Shown: positions 1 to 9,207 of the stretch, piece by piece
How positions within the stretch are numbered: position 1 is the first letter of the stretch
Layout: every line of letters starts with the position of its first letter
DNA from: Escherichia coli O157 typing phage 14
Direction: 5' to 3' (one strand)
Sequence record: KP869112
DNA length: 64,000 bases
Position numbers and translations under genes: made by a program
The notes under the pieces: generated by a model
Database searches by the model: none
Seen by the model: only the letters and a program-made list of their open reading frames with translations
What the model was told of the DNA's origin: nothing

Positions 1-1440
1 CTCTAAGTCAAAATCTACCTTTCCTGCGTGGAAAGTAGGGGCAGTAATGGTTTTACCCGCCTCAATTTCTTGAGAGGTGGTTATCTTACCACTGGAGTTA
101 ATGCCATTACAGACAAAGTTGACATTAGAGAAGTCTGGCAGCCACCCGGTCACTGTGCCGGATATTTCAAGGTTGTGAAGGTGGGTGGTGCCAGTCCCTG
201 CGGCGTTTAAACTAACATCTCCATTTACCTGCAAGTTTCTGGTAATGTTGCAGTTTTCAGAGTTTGCAGTTGTTGCAGTTAAAGTGGTGGTGGTTAGCTC
301 GGTAATTGTACCTTTATTGGCTGTAAGCCCTTCTCCTTCAAAAGTTGCACGCTCATTGACTCTTAGAGTATTCAGAGCTATATTTTGGATAGAGGCTGTA
401 CCTCGAATAACTACAGACCCGCCAACCTCCAAATCGCCATTTATCAATGCATCACCCGTGCTTTCAATATAGCTAGGGTAGATCATGGTGCCATCGACAG
501 AGTATGTTATCCCTGTAACGGTACCTGTCACCTCAAGGTTCTTAACCCTGGTGGTCCCATCGACCTGCAATGTCGGTTCGGTTGCTGCCTTCATGGCATT
601 ACCACGAATGTACACGTAGTCAAAAAAGTTATTACCCAGACCATCAAAATGCACATCGTTATTATTAGCCACTGGTTTCCCAGAAGTTATAGTGTCAGCT
701 ATAACCCTGTGGGTGGACACTTCATGAGGTTGCAGCTCTGTACTTCTCCAGTCTGCATGCTTAGGATCGCTCCACGCAAAAGTAAGTGTAGAAGTATTTG
801 CCGTGAGGATTAGATTCCTAAAGCGTGCAGTAGAATCTGCCCCATTAACAGGTCCATGTAAGGTAAGGGTGCCACCAACTATAGTGTTAGCGAGTTCTGT
901 AAGACCTTTTACCACCAAAGACCCTACAGTAACTTTCATCCCCTCCATGGCTTTAAATATGCTATCAACATAGTCAACAACAAACTCTGTGTTTGCTATG
1001 GACTCTGACTTATCGTCCATTGGAGGTGTAGGTACTCGTGGGTCACCTTCGAACCTCGGGCTGTTAAGTTTTGCGTAGTATTTTGCCATTACTGCAGAGT
1101 CGGTATATAATCTCCAGTTTGGAGATTGTGAAGGATCTGCTGGCATTCTAACCGGGTTAGATTTTGATGCTGCGGGAGCGTACCACCACTGAGGGCCTGT
1201 GTCCCCTTTAAACTCGTACAGCTGGTTAAAAACTGTTGTGGATGCACCATACGCCCAAGGGATCGGTGGCGTTTTAAAATAAAGGTTGTCAAGCATGGCT
1301 TTTCGTACCGTAGGGATGGTGGTCCCATCCTCTACGACAACTTCATCCACAGCGTTACCGTTGACAACCAAGTGCAAACGTTCAGAATCAACAATTACTT
1401 GATCTACCGCCTGCTCAAAGCTTGTCATGTCTTGCGCCAT
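1..1440 (-). CDS. tail fibre / tailspike protein, 3'-partial (C-terminus lies beyond window start)
   Basis: Manual translation: ATG at 1438-1440 preceded by AAGGAGAAATC; frame stays open to position 1 (480 codons, no stop), so it is absent from the ORF track. Gly/Thr/Asn-rich repeats (LTLHGPVNGADST, LEVTGTVTGITY, LQVNGDVSLNAAGTG) are typical of fibre shafts. Confidence 0.55.
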   Translation of the reverse strand, partial: MAQDMTSFEQAVDQVIVDSERLHLVVNGNAVDEVVVEDGTTIPTVRKAMLDNLYFKTPPIPWAYGASTTVFNQLYEFKGDTGPQWWYAPAASKSNPVRMPADPSQSPNWRLYTDSAVMAKYYAKLNSPRFEGDPRVPTPPMDDKSESIANTEFVVDYVDSIFKAMEGMKVTVGSLVVKGLTELANTIVGGTLTLHGPVNGADSTARFRNLILTANTSTLTFAWSDPKHADWRSTELQPHEVSTHRVIADTITSGKPVANNNDVHFDGLGNNFFDYVYIRGNAMKAATEPTLQVDGTTRVKNLEVTGTVTGITYSVDGTMIYPSYIESTGDALINGDLEVGGSVVIRGTASIQNIALNTLRVNERATFEGEGLTANKGTITELTTTTLTATTANSENCNITRNLQVNGDVSLNAAGTGTTHLHNLEISGTVTGWLPDFSNVNFVCNGINSSGKITTSQEIEAGKTITAPTFHAGKVDFDLE

Positions 1441-1449
1441 GATTTCTCC

Positions 1450-1716
1450 TTAAGCTTTTTGCTCTTCGTTTTTAACGTGGTCAGGGTGCTGGCAACCCCA
1501 CCGGAGCGAGATGAATTTGCTAATAAGCTGGGGGCAAGCTACTGAAGGCGCGTATATCCACGCATACCATTCAGGAAGCGTATCATTATACCCCATATGA
1601 ATAAACACCCCAGTCATCACCGCCATGCCTATGTTCGACCATAGCTTAGTTTGGGACACTTTCGTAGGGTCATCAGATGCCGCAACCAGTCCCCATAAAA
1701 ACTGAGTTAGTTTCAT
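1450..1716 (-). CDS. small membrane protein (hypothetical; holin-like topology not established)
   Basis: ORF track 88 aa; RBS AAGAGGG upstream of ATG; hydrophobic stretch NIGMAVMTGVFIHMGY and charged C-terminus KNEEQKA. Confidence 0.4.
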   Translation of the reverse strand: MKLTQFLWGLVAASDDPTKVSQTKLWSNIGMAVMTGVFIHMGYNDTLPEWYAWIYAPSVACPQLISKFISLRWGCQHPDHVKNEEQKA

Positions 1717-1727
1717 TTACCCTCTTT

Positions 1728-2771
1728 TTAAGCATAAGATATAGTGATCCATTGACCATTTACAAGTTTTTGGATAGCACCTGTCCAGTAATCACCTTGA
1801 TAAGGGTGTTTATAAGCGTAGTTACCAGAGCACATCACATGTCCAGGGTAGACTCTTGACTCTCTGTAGGTGGTTTTGAAACGGTTTGCTATCCTTACAT
1901 CATCAACCCCTCTGCTGGGCATAGGGATAGTAAGGTTACCACTACTGTCTGCGCCGTTACCATTTACCCTGCGGACCACGTTTCTTCCACCAACTGTTGC
2001 ATATTGACCCCTGACTGTTTCATCGTTACAATCAACTCTTCCACCTATTTGAGCGCTTCCGCAGGATTGTTGTCCGTTAACAGTGGCTCTTGGTATCGTG
2101 ACCGCATTGGCATTTGCAGAGGAACTTTTTGCATCGTTGCATTCAAGATTTCCTTGGATGGCCAGTCTTGCACGGTTGGCAGTTATAGCATTGAGCTTCA
2201 TAGCCGAAAACACAGGCTGCCCACCAGAAGGTTGAAATCTCCAACGGAACCCGTCTATTTGGTGAGAAGGATCATCAAGGTCTGTGCCGTCAGCACCACC
2301 GATGTTGTCCATAATCCAGAAATCCATCGTCGTCTTGTCTGGAGTTATGGTGGTATATATTGCCGCATTGTCTGTTGACGCAGATGCAAACTCGATTCTT
2401 TGAAGACCTAAAGTTTGAGTCTGAGTCATTATGTCTCCAGACTTGTCAACATACAGATCGTCCATTTCTTCAGGCGAGTATACATTGAGAACTTGACGTG
2501 CAGCAGCTTTGTCTGGAACGTCTGCTAGATTATTAGTGACCCTTAAGAATCTATTATCCCATCCTGGGACAACATCTTCTGTTAGATGCTTTAACCACGC
2601 AGAAAGCATGTGAAGTTCAAAGTTAACAACTTCACATGCCACTCTTTGTGTCATATCCCAACCTTTCAATCTCTCTTCTTTTTTTGGTTGAGACTTATTC
2701 AACTCTCCCGTATTTTCAAGCACAACATCCTGATTGGCCCAAATATCAAGAGGGATAACTGGTTTAGTCAT
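1728..2771 (-). CDS. tail fibre / receptor-binding protein, paralog of 3786..4826
   Basis: 347 aa; shares N-terminus (PLDIWA vs PLEIWA, KGWD) and C-terminus (QKLVNGQWITISYA vs QKLVNGQWITVNYA) with 3786..4826 while the central region differs; RBS AGGAG. Confidence 0.55.
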   Translation of the reverse strand: MTKPVIPLDIWANQDVVLENTGELNKSQPKKEERLKGWDMTQRVACEVVNFELHMLSAWLKHLTEDVVPGWDNRFLRVTNNLADVPDKAAARQVLNVYSPEEMDDLYVDKSGDIMTQTQTLGLQRIEFASASTDNAAIYTTITPDKTTMDFWIMDNIGGADGTDLDDPSHQIDGFRWRFQPSGGQPVFSAMKLNAITANRARLAIQGNLECNDAKSSSANANAVTIPRATVNGQQSCGSAQIGGRVDCNDETVRGQYATVGGRNVVRRVNGNGADSSGNLTIPMPSRGVDDVRIANRFKTTYRESRVYPGHVMCSGNYAYKHPYQGDYWTGAIQKLVNGQWITISYA

Positions 2772-2814
2772 CGCGTTCTCCTGAGAAAATTCCTTAGGAC
2801 TATTTTAACACTTT

Positions 2815-2850
2815 AGAGAACAAAATGCAAGAACGGAGTCCTTTCCGTTC
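2815..2850 (-). terminator. rho-independent terminator downstream of 2861..3175
   Basis: Stem GAACGGA/TCCGTTC (2831-2850) followed on the minus strand by UUGCAUUUUGUUCUC. Confidence 0.45.
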
Positions 2851-2860
2851 TGACCTTTGT

Positions 2861-3175
2861 TTACCTTTTACTATGCTCTACGAGCATGTGCAAAATCTTT
2901 TGTACATCAGCTCGGATACCGGAGACATCTGTCCTGACATCCTGCTTAAGGTCGTTAATATCGGCCTCTAGCTTGCTTAACCGGGTCTCGATAACGGAAT
3001 CAAGTTTATCTTTTGTAACCATACTGTTTTTCACTAAGATGAGGTCTTTCTCCAGTTCATCCAACCTCTTGGAAATGCCTTTCCATTTGGTGTGCCACTG
3101 GTTGAAAGCCCATACACAGATCGGGACAACGGTACCCATGCAGATACCGTACAATGCCGCCAAATCCAACTCCAC
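2861..3175 (-). CDS. membrane-anchored coiled-coil protein (hypothetical)
   Basis: 104 aa; N-terminal hydrophobic segment ALYGICMGTVVPICVWAF followed by heptad-like charged region. Confidence 0.4.
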   Translation of the reverse strand: MELDLAALYGICMGTVVPICVWAFNQWHTKWKGISKRLDELEKDLILVKNSMVTKDKLDSVIETRLSKLEADINDLKQDVRTDVSGIRADVQKILHMLVEHSKR

Positions 3176-3186
3176 AACACCTCCTC

Positions 3187-3771
3187 TTAGAGGGTAGGTC
3201 GCTCCGGGAAGAAAATGTCAGGGGCTTTAGATGTATCTATTTCAAGAAGTTTTACCCTGTACATTTTCAAATCTCTGATGTTACGTTTCTGGTCATCAGT
3301 AAGATCATATTCAAGGTCAATCATGTCTTGATAGGCACCAATTCTAGCAGTAGCCCAAGCAAGTTCTGTCTCTATGACACCCTCTGCCTGTTGAACAAAG
3401 AATTCATTATCTGTGACAAATTCATCACCAACTAAACGCAAAGCGTCGTGGTGAAGCATAATGTTTTCTGGTACCTCTTCTTTTTTGGCGATAACCACAC
3501 GAAGACCTGGAGCAGGCCATAAGGCATCAGGTTCTTCTGTAGATGTCTTAAGAATTCCCTTCTCGTCAACAAGTAGGAAGATACAACCCGGATTTTCTTG
3601 TCGCAATGTTCGTGACTGCACATACCAATCGCCATCATCATTACGTAAAAAATACCCAGTGTATGCTGTGTAATCCTCAACCTCTTGAGGGGTCAGCTCC
3701 TTGGTTTCCTTGTTGGTGCGGTATTCGCCAGATCCCGGTTGGTAAAGTTTAAACTCTTGAAGTATTTTCAT
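3187..3771 (-). CDS. tail fibre assembly chaperone (Tfa family)
   Basis: C-terminus DLKMYRVKLLEIDTSKAPDIFFPERP matches the conserved Tfa C-terminal motif of lambda Tfa ([24 protein letters not shown], recalled from memory); sits immediately downstream of fibre gene 3786..4826. Confidence 0.75.
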   Translation of the reverse strand: MKILQEFKLYQPGSGEYRTNKETKELTPQEVEDYTAYTGYFLRNDDGDWYVQSRTLRQENPGCIFLLVDEKGILKTSTEEPDALWPAPGLRVVIAKKEEVPENIMLHHDALRLVGDEFVTDNEFFVQQAEGVIETELAWATARIGAYQDMIDLEYDLTDDQKRNIRDLKMYRVKLLEIDTSKAPDIFFPERPTL

Positions 3772-3785
3772 GCTAGTCCTCCGAT

Positions 3786-4826
3786 CTATGCATAATTAAC
3801 AGTGATCCATTGACCATTTACAAGTTTTTGTAAAGGTCCTGCCCAGTAGGTTGAACCACGCATCTCTTTTTTGTCACCGAAATGCCAGCCTGTGACAACG
3901 TAGCCGTTGCGGATTGGAGATTCAGAAACTCCGTCCACAAGTCTTGCACCGATTCTGATGTCTTGCACACCTGTCTGCGGGATAGTGATCGTTACATCAC
4001 CGTTACCGTTAGCCGTCACTCCATTCACGGAGCGCACCACATTTCTGTTACCGACAACACAGTGCTGGCTTCTTACAACCATACTGTCACAACTTGCACC
4101 ACCATTAACATATACTGACCCAGCCGTCAACTGACTAGCCACATTACAGTTGGTGAATGTTGCTGTATTGCTGATAGTAAGGTTATTGCACCTCATGTTA
4201 TCGACAACTTCAACATTGCCTACCACTTTCAACAGCGCACGATTAGCCGTGATCGCGTTAAGGTACATCAAAGTGAACTCTGGATTAATATCCGGCTGAA
4301 TTGGCTGGAATCTCCAACGAAACGCATCTACCGTAGATGTACCACCATCATCAAACGACCCAGCATTATCACTTAACCCAAAGTCGAGAGTTGTCTTATC
4401 CGGGCCAATAGTTGTCTCTATCCAAGCCTTATCTGTCTCGGCAGCTTTAAAGTTGATACGTTGCAAACCCAATGGGCCTGTCATTGTATCACCTGTAACT
4501 TTTACATACCTGGCGTCTGCCTCTTCCTTAGTAATAATCCCAAGGTTTCTACGGGCAACAGGAATGTTCAAAAGATCACTCAAGTTATTATCACGTACCA
4601 GATAACGGCCTTCTTGAGCGGGGATCTGCTCGTCAGCAATGTATTTTGCCCAAGTTCCGAGCATATTGAAAATATAGTTAAGTTCTTCACATGAGGGCTT
4701 TTGACCAAGATCCCAACCTTTTCTCCACAAATCCTCAATCGGGCGTAGCCTGTTCTGTCTGTGGGTGTTAGGCAGAACCTGATCCTCCTCTGCCCAAATC
4801 TCTAATGGAAAACTAGGTTTTGACAT
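3786..4826 (-). CDS. tail fibre / receptor-binding protein
   Basis: 346 aa, paralog of 1728..2771, followed by a Tfa chaperone gene. Confidence 0.6.
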   Translation of the reverse strand: MSKPSFPLEIWAEEDQVLPNTHRQNRLRPIEDLWRKGWDLGQKPSCEELNYIFNMLGTWAKYIADEQIPAQEGRYLVRDNNLSDLLNIPVARRNLGIITKEEADARYVKVTGDTMTGPLGLQRINFKAAETDKAWIETTIGPDKTTLDFGLSDNAGSFDDGGTSTVDAFRWRFQPIQPDINPEFTLMYLNAITANRALLKVVGNVEVVDNMRCNNLTISNTATFTNCNVASQLTAGSVYVNGGASCDSMVVRSQHCVVGNRNVVRSVNGVTANGNGDVTITIPQTGVQDIRIGARLVDGVSESPIRNGYVVTGWHFGDKKEMRGSTYWAGPLQKLVNGQWITVNYA

Positions 4827-4838
4827 TTTATCTCCTGA

Positions 4839-6911
4839 TTATGAGAAGTCTGGCGGGACAACATCCTCTACATACCCTTTCAGAGCAACCTGCCCCATAT
4901 GAAGCACGGTAGAATCTCTAGCGGTAACAGTGATGCTGTCAGACATTACTTGCGGGTATGCCCACACATACTGTTTTACCTCAGGGTATCTATACTCTAT
5001 AGTTGCCATGTTTCCGCAAATACATCTCCATAAAAATTCTTGGTAATTCCTAGTTGGGTCGTATCCATATACCGGAGCAAGCTCTTTACTAGGAACGAAC
5101 CCTGCAAGGTATTGTATTTCAGACGGTTGCCAACCTAACTTAACGATAGGTATGTTTACAGACTCTTTTGCCTTTTCAATACCTCCCTGCATCACCCAAT
5201 CGTAGCACTCGGTGCAGAAGAAATCAAGAGCACCTGCTTCTTTTTTATATTGGTCGGCAAGGTTCAGCTTTTGCGTAAGCTCGGTTTCCATAATAGTTGG
5301 GAAAAACAGTAAAGCTGTCATCTGAGCTGATGCAGCGTGTGCCTTTATTGCCTTTGAAATAGCCGCAATACGAGCGCCAAGCTTACCACGACAAAATGCT
5401 ACATACTTGTCGTAAACACCGCCAGTTTTAGGATCGTCAATAGTCCCAATATCTAATGCATACTCACCTGTCTCATCATAAAACGCCTGCTTTGTAGGGT
5501 AATCATAAATACAAGGTCTACGAGTATCGGTATTGTACCACCACCACGGTTCACCAACCTGCATAATCACTGGCAGGTTGTTTCTCATAGCGGCTGATGC
5601 AAAATTCTTAAATACTGCAGTAAGGAAATTCATACCCTCTTCAATGGTTGGAGACAGGAGGTAGCTACAGGGTGTATACCCTGTTTTAGCGTAGTTATCG
5701 TTCCAGTCTCTTTGGGTCCATTCCAACGGGCAGGCATCGCTGAAAAGCTCAAAACTTACAGATTGCATAACGTCGAAGTTATGTCGTTTGGCATTGTACA
5801 TAAAATCATCGTGCCATTTATAAGCTGCAGCGTTTAGCGCCCCTGTTCTGTTTATAGACCATTGGGTTCCTGACCATGTGTAGTCATAATAATGACTCAT
5901 ACCAACATAATGGTTTATGGTTCCGGTATAGCCCAGACGCTTGATATTGTTCAACACCCTTAAAGGAGATACGTTCCACATATCGTCATATGCGGTGCAG
6001 ATCCCAACGTCGTGCTCTTTAACCTGAATATTGTTAAGTTGCATCATTTTCCAGCCTGTGTCTGGCTGGAGCAGATCTAGGCGCAACTCACACTCTACAT
6101 TTTCCGTTCTCGGGTCTGTGCTATTACTTACCCAGTCTTTAGGCATAAGCGGTATTAAAATCCTTCTCACCTGTCGAGGATCAACACCCATCATGTTGTT
6201 GTTCTGATCCATCCCGACGCAGTCCTCGAAATCAATATGAATCTCTGCAACATTCTTATCCTCTGAGATGCTGACAGCATATTGAGCTAAAGGAACATAG
6301 ATGATTGTGCCATCAACAAGGTCTACAGTCATAATCATCTTTTCAGGGGTGGAGAAGTTGCTGGCATTGGTTATTGACATTCTGAACCAAAGCTTGGTGT
6401 TTCTCATCTCATAGTGATCATCAAACCCAATACCGAAATGGTCATACTTGTCAACTGTTTCCCAAATGCACCCAGCCATACCTCCATATGTTCTTGACAC
6501 TAAACGGTTAATACAACAGTTGTTATCTGCAACAATACAGGTACTTTCAGTCTGCTGAGTAGTTGTAACCCAATACCTTGGGTGAAACATTCTCTCCTCA
6601 ACAGTATCCCAAGATATCCTGTCAAGATTCTCATCTGAAACTATTGTACATTTCGCCCTTTGTGTTCCAATCATCACCCCTTGAGATTTTGATGAAAACT
6701 CCATAAAGAAGCTTCTTGGCAACCTGTTGGGTAATTTGTCAACAATTTCCACGGGGATCTCAATACTGGTTGCCCCAATTGGGATAGTTACATCGCCCTC
6801 AACATGATTATAATCCCTACCAGGAACGGCAGTATCCTGAACTGTTCGGTAATGAAACTGTGCAGCCATTGTAGAGTAATCACGGTAAGGTTTAAAAACA
6901 GCTGTTGCCAT
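4839..6911 (-). CDS. large baseplate/tail-associated protein, possible carbohydrate-active domain (unverified)
   Basis: 690 aa; embedded between baseplate and fibre genes; Trp/Tyr-rich central region (VIMQVGEPWWWYNTD) suggests a barrel-type enzymatic fold, but no family was recognised with confidence. Confidence 0.4.
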   Translation of the reverse strand: MATAVFKPYRDYSTMAAQFHYRTVQDTAVPGRDYNHVEGDVTIPIGATSIEIPVEIVDKLPNRLPRSFFMEFSSKSQGVMIGTQRAKCTIVSDENLDRISWDTVEERMFHPRYWVTTTQQTESTCIVADNNCCINRLVSRTYGGMAGCIWETVDKYDHFGIGFDDHYEMRNTKLWFRMSITNASNFSTPEKMIMTVDLVDGTIIYVPLAQYAVSISEDKNVAEIHIDFEDCVGMDQNNNMMGVDPRQVRRILIPLMPKDWVSNSTDPRTENVECELRLDLLQPDTGWKMMQLNNIQVKEHDVGICTAYDDMWNVSPLRVLNNIKRLGYTGTINHYVGMSHYYDYTWSGTQWSINRTGALNAAAYKWHDDFMYNAKRHNFDVMQSVSFELFSDACPLEWTQRDWNDNYAKTGYTPCSYLLSPTIEEGMNFLTAVFKNFASAAMRNNLPVIMQVGEPWWWYNTDTRRPCIYDYPTKQAFYDETGEYALDIGTIDDPKTGGVYDKYVAFCRGKLGARIAAISKAIKAHAASAQMTALLFFPTIMETELTQKLNLADQYKKEAGALDFFCTECYDWVMQGGIEKAKESVNIPIVKLGWQPSEIQYLAGFVPSKELAPVYGYDPTRNYQEFLWRCICGNMATIEYRYPEVKQYVWAYPQVMSDSITVTARDSTVLHMGQVALKGYVEDVVPPDFS

Positions 6912-7600
6912 TAACCCTCCTGTCTAGTTGCGTTTACTGTAATACTTTCACAATAAATGGTTGTGGTGTCCCAATCAGGTCTTACGTCAGGAACATATAG
7001 CAAAGTAGCCAGCCCACCAACTCCGAATTGGTTTTCTTCCCACACTGATCCGAAGCCAAGAGCTGTAGAGTCCCCTTCAAAACCAAAAGCTTGCCCTTGC
7101 GATTCAGTAAGACGCAAATGACAAGGCAATGGTAGCATATCTAAGATCTGATCGATAGACTGCAATATGTCAAAGCAAGTTTTTCTAATATTTATGTCAA
7201 ACCTGAAGTTGTCTCCTTTCCACGTATTGAAATTGTCTCTTCCGAACAATTGTCGCAAGGTGGAGATGACATCTTCGCGAGTCCCGCCCCCAGATGCTGC
7301 TGCGGCCTGCTGAATAATTAGTGTGGCACGAAAATCAGCATCTGAAAGTCCATTCCTAAGAATACCAAGTTGATTACCAACTTCGTCAAGGTATCTTCCG
7401 CTGGCATTGTTAAGCAATCTTCCTTCAGCCAAACCTACCAGCATTTTATCAACATCCTCCAACCTTTTAAGGTACACGGTTAAGAATGTGACCAAATTAA
7501 CCTTCTCAGCCAGAAAATCTCCAGGCAGGTAGTCAAGACCTCCCTGAACAAAATCTGGCAGAGTGTGGATGTGGTTAACATCCGACTTAATCTCTGCCAT
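6911..7600 (-). CDS. baseplate-associated protein (position equivalent to P2 gpI / Mu gp48)
   Basis: 229 aa, directly downstream of the baseplate J-like gene with start/stop overlap. Confidence 0.4.
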   Translation of the reverse strand: MAEIKSDVNHIHTLPDFVQGGLDYLPGDFLAEKVNLVTFLTVYLKRLEDVDKMLVGLAEGRLLNNASGRYLDEVGNQLGILRNGLSDADFRATLIIQQAAAASGGGTREDVISTLRQLFGRDNFNTWKGDNFRFDINIRKTCFDILQSIDQILDMLPLPCHLRLTESQGQAFGFEGDSTALGFGSVWEENQFGVGGLATLLYVPDVRPDWDTTTIYCESITVNATRQEG

Positions 7601-7611
7601 ATCTCGCCGCC

Positions 7612-9102
7612 TTAAATAGTTTGTTGGAAAGTTATATTACTTTCGTCGAGGTCAAACACCTCGGTCATGTTCGCAACAATATCGTTTGTAGTGTAAGCTT
7701 CATCAGAAGCTCCTACTGGTTTAACTTGAATTACCAGTCTATTAAATCTACCTATCGACACAGCAGCGGATGCAGCACCGACCAATTGGATATTGTACAA
7801 CGTATCTGCAACATCCAGTCCGTTAACAACCTGCAAAAGAGCCTCTACAATGGCATCTTTTTCGGTTGTGGAAAGCGCAGCGCCGGAATAGGTAATTCTT
7901 ACATCTAGGCGGTAGGTATTTGCCTTGGAGTAATAAATTCTTTCAGTTTGACCGTCAGATGTAGTGACATCGTAGAAAATATTACCATAAGTCCTGTTCG
8001 TACAGGCTATAGTTTGGTAAAGTGCTTGGCAAATGTCCTCCGTTGCACCACCAAACACAACCACTTGGAACTTGTAAGGAGGTATACCTTTAGCATCAGT
8101 TTTATCAGTGTTGTTGGAGAACACTCTCACTTTCTCAACACCTTTCACCTCGCTTACAGCGCTAAGGATTGCAGGACGGGTAGCCTTCGATGTTAACTGT
8201 TTTGTGCTGGAAGCTCTTAAGCGATACTCGGAATCTTTCTCAACATCCCTGCCCTCGTTGAATCTTTCTCGGTTGGTAAGCTTGATAAATCCGCTGGGAG
8301 TAGGTGACATTGTTGTCACGGTCTCTGCCTCTCTTGACAGCTCACCAGCCTCGTTAGCTATAACATCTAGGGTGATAGTTCTTTCCCCTACAATCGGGGA
8401 TACTCTGAAATCTACCCTGCTATTAAGTCCAACTTGATCAAGATTAGAATTGTACCCTATCCACAACGTTCCTGTCAACATATCGATCTGAATCAGATCG
8501 TCGTTCAATAGAGTTGTATTATCGACAATGAATTGCTTAATCTCTCCGTAAAAGCTTGGCAGATCAGAAGAGTCCAGAGCCTTATCTGTTAAAACCAGAC
8601 TTTTTGTTTTGATACTTCCATCTGTCTGGTTGGTAATTTGAAAGTTGTATTTCCCAATTCTTAGATCTGGAGCGTTTATCCTGTGAGCAATAAGATTCCC
8701 TGCTACCTGCACGTCATTGCTAAGAACAAAGTTCCCACTGTCTAATGTGTAAGTTTTGGAATCATAAATCATGTTGTACGGCACAGTTGTGTTGATCGTC
8801 AACTGGCAGGTACCTGATGATTTAGAACGGCCTCTTCGGTAAATACCCTGTCTTCCAAGAAGTTCATCTAGGTAAATACCTTCTGCCCCATACAGCGTCT
8901 GCGATGCGTATACAGATGCTGCCATAAGAATAAGTTGATACTCTCGCTCGTTGAAGATAGTGGTCAGCTTATCTGCAACGGAGTTACTCTGTACGTTGAA
9001 GTTTTCGCCAAAAGCACGGATCAGGCTTTGCTTAGTTTCAACGATTAGGTCATTTAGGGTTGGTATAACGAAACCAGCCTCTGTCAATCCATACTTAGCC
9101 AC
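7612..9102 (-). CDS. baseplate J-like protein (Mu gp47 / P2 gpJ / T4 gp6 family)
   Basis: 496 aa; N-terminus MAKYGLTEAGFVIPTLNDL resembles the LTEAGF motif at the start of baseplate J-like proteins (from memory); GTG start with RBS GGAGGAG. Confidence 0.6.
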   Translation of the reverse strand: MAKYGLTEAGFVIPTLNDLIVETKQSLIRAFGENFNVQSNSVADKLTTIFNEREYQLILMAASVYASQTLYGAEGIYLDELLGRQGIYRRGRSKSSGTCQLTINTTVPYNMIYDSKTYTLDSGNFVLSNDVQVAGNLIAHRINAPDLRIGKYNFQITNQTDGSIKTKSLVLTDKALDSSDLPSFYGEIKQFIVDNTTLLNDDLIQIDMLTGTLWIGYNSNLDQVGLNSRVDFRVSPIVGERTITLDVIANEAGELSREAETVTTMSPTPSGFIKLTNRERFNEGRDVEKDSEYRLRASSTKQLTSKATRPAILSAVSEVKGVEKVRVFSNNTDKTDAKGIPPYKFQVVVFGGATEDICQALYQTIACTNRTYGNIFYDVTTSDGQTERIYYSKANTYRLDVRITYSGAALSTTEKDAIVEALLQVVNGLDVADTLYNIQLVGAASAAVSIGRFNRLVIQVKPVGASDEAYTTNDIVANMTEVFDLDESNITFQQTI

Positions 9103-9135
9103 GTCACTCCTCCGGTATGAAAATCTCTACAAGGT

Positions 9136-9164
9136 ATTTTACCAAATTTTGTAACAATAGTCAA
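9136..9164 (-). promoter_or_regulatory. sigma70-like promoter, TTGACT-N17-TAAAAT
   Basis: Minus strand: -35 TTGACT (plus 9159-9164), 17-nt spacer, -10 TAAAAT (plus 9136-9141); lies between a terminator and the baseplate J gene start. Confidence 0.45.
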
Positions 9165-9166
9165 TC

Positions 9167-9199
9167 TGAGCATAAAAATAAACCCCGCCGAAGCGGGGC
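9167..9199 (-). terminator. rho-independent terminator downstream of 9208..12732
   Basis: Minus-strand hairpin GCCCCGC-UUCG-GCGGGG followed by UUUAUUUUUAUG. Confidence 0.6.
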
Positions 9200-9207
9200 T
9201 TTAAAGG

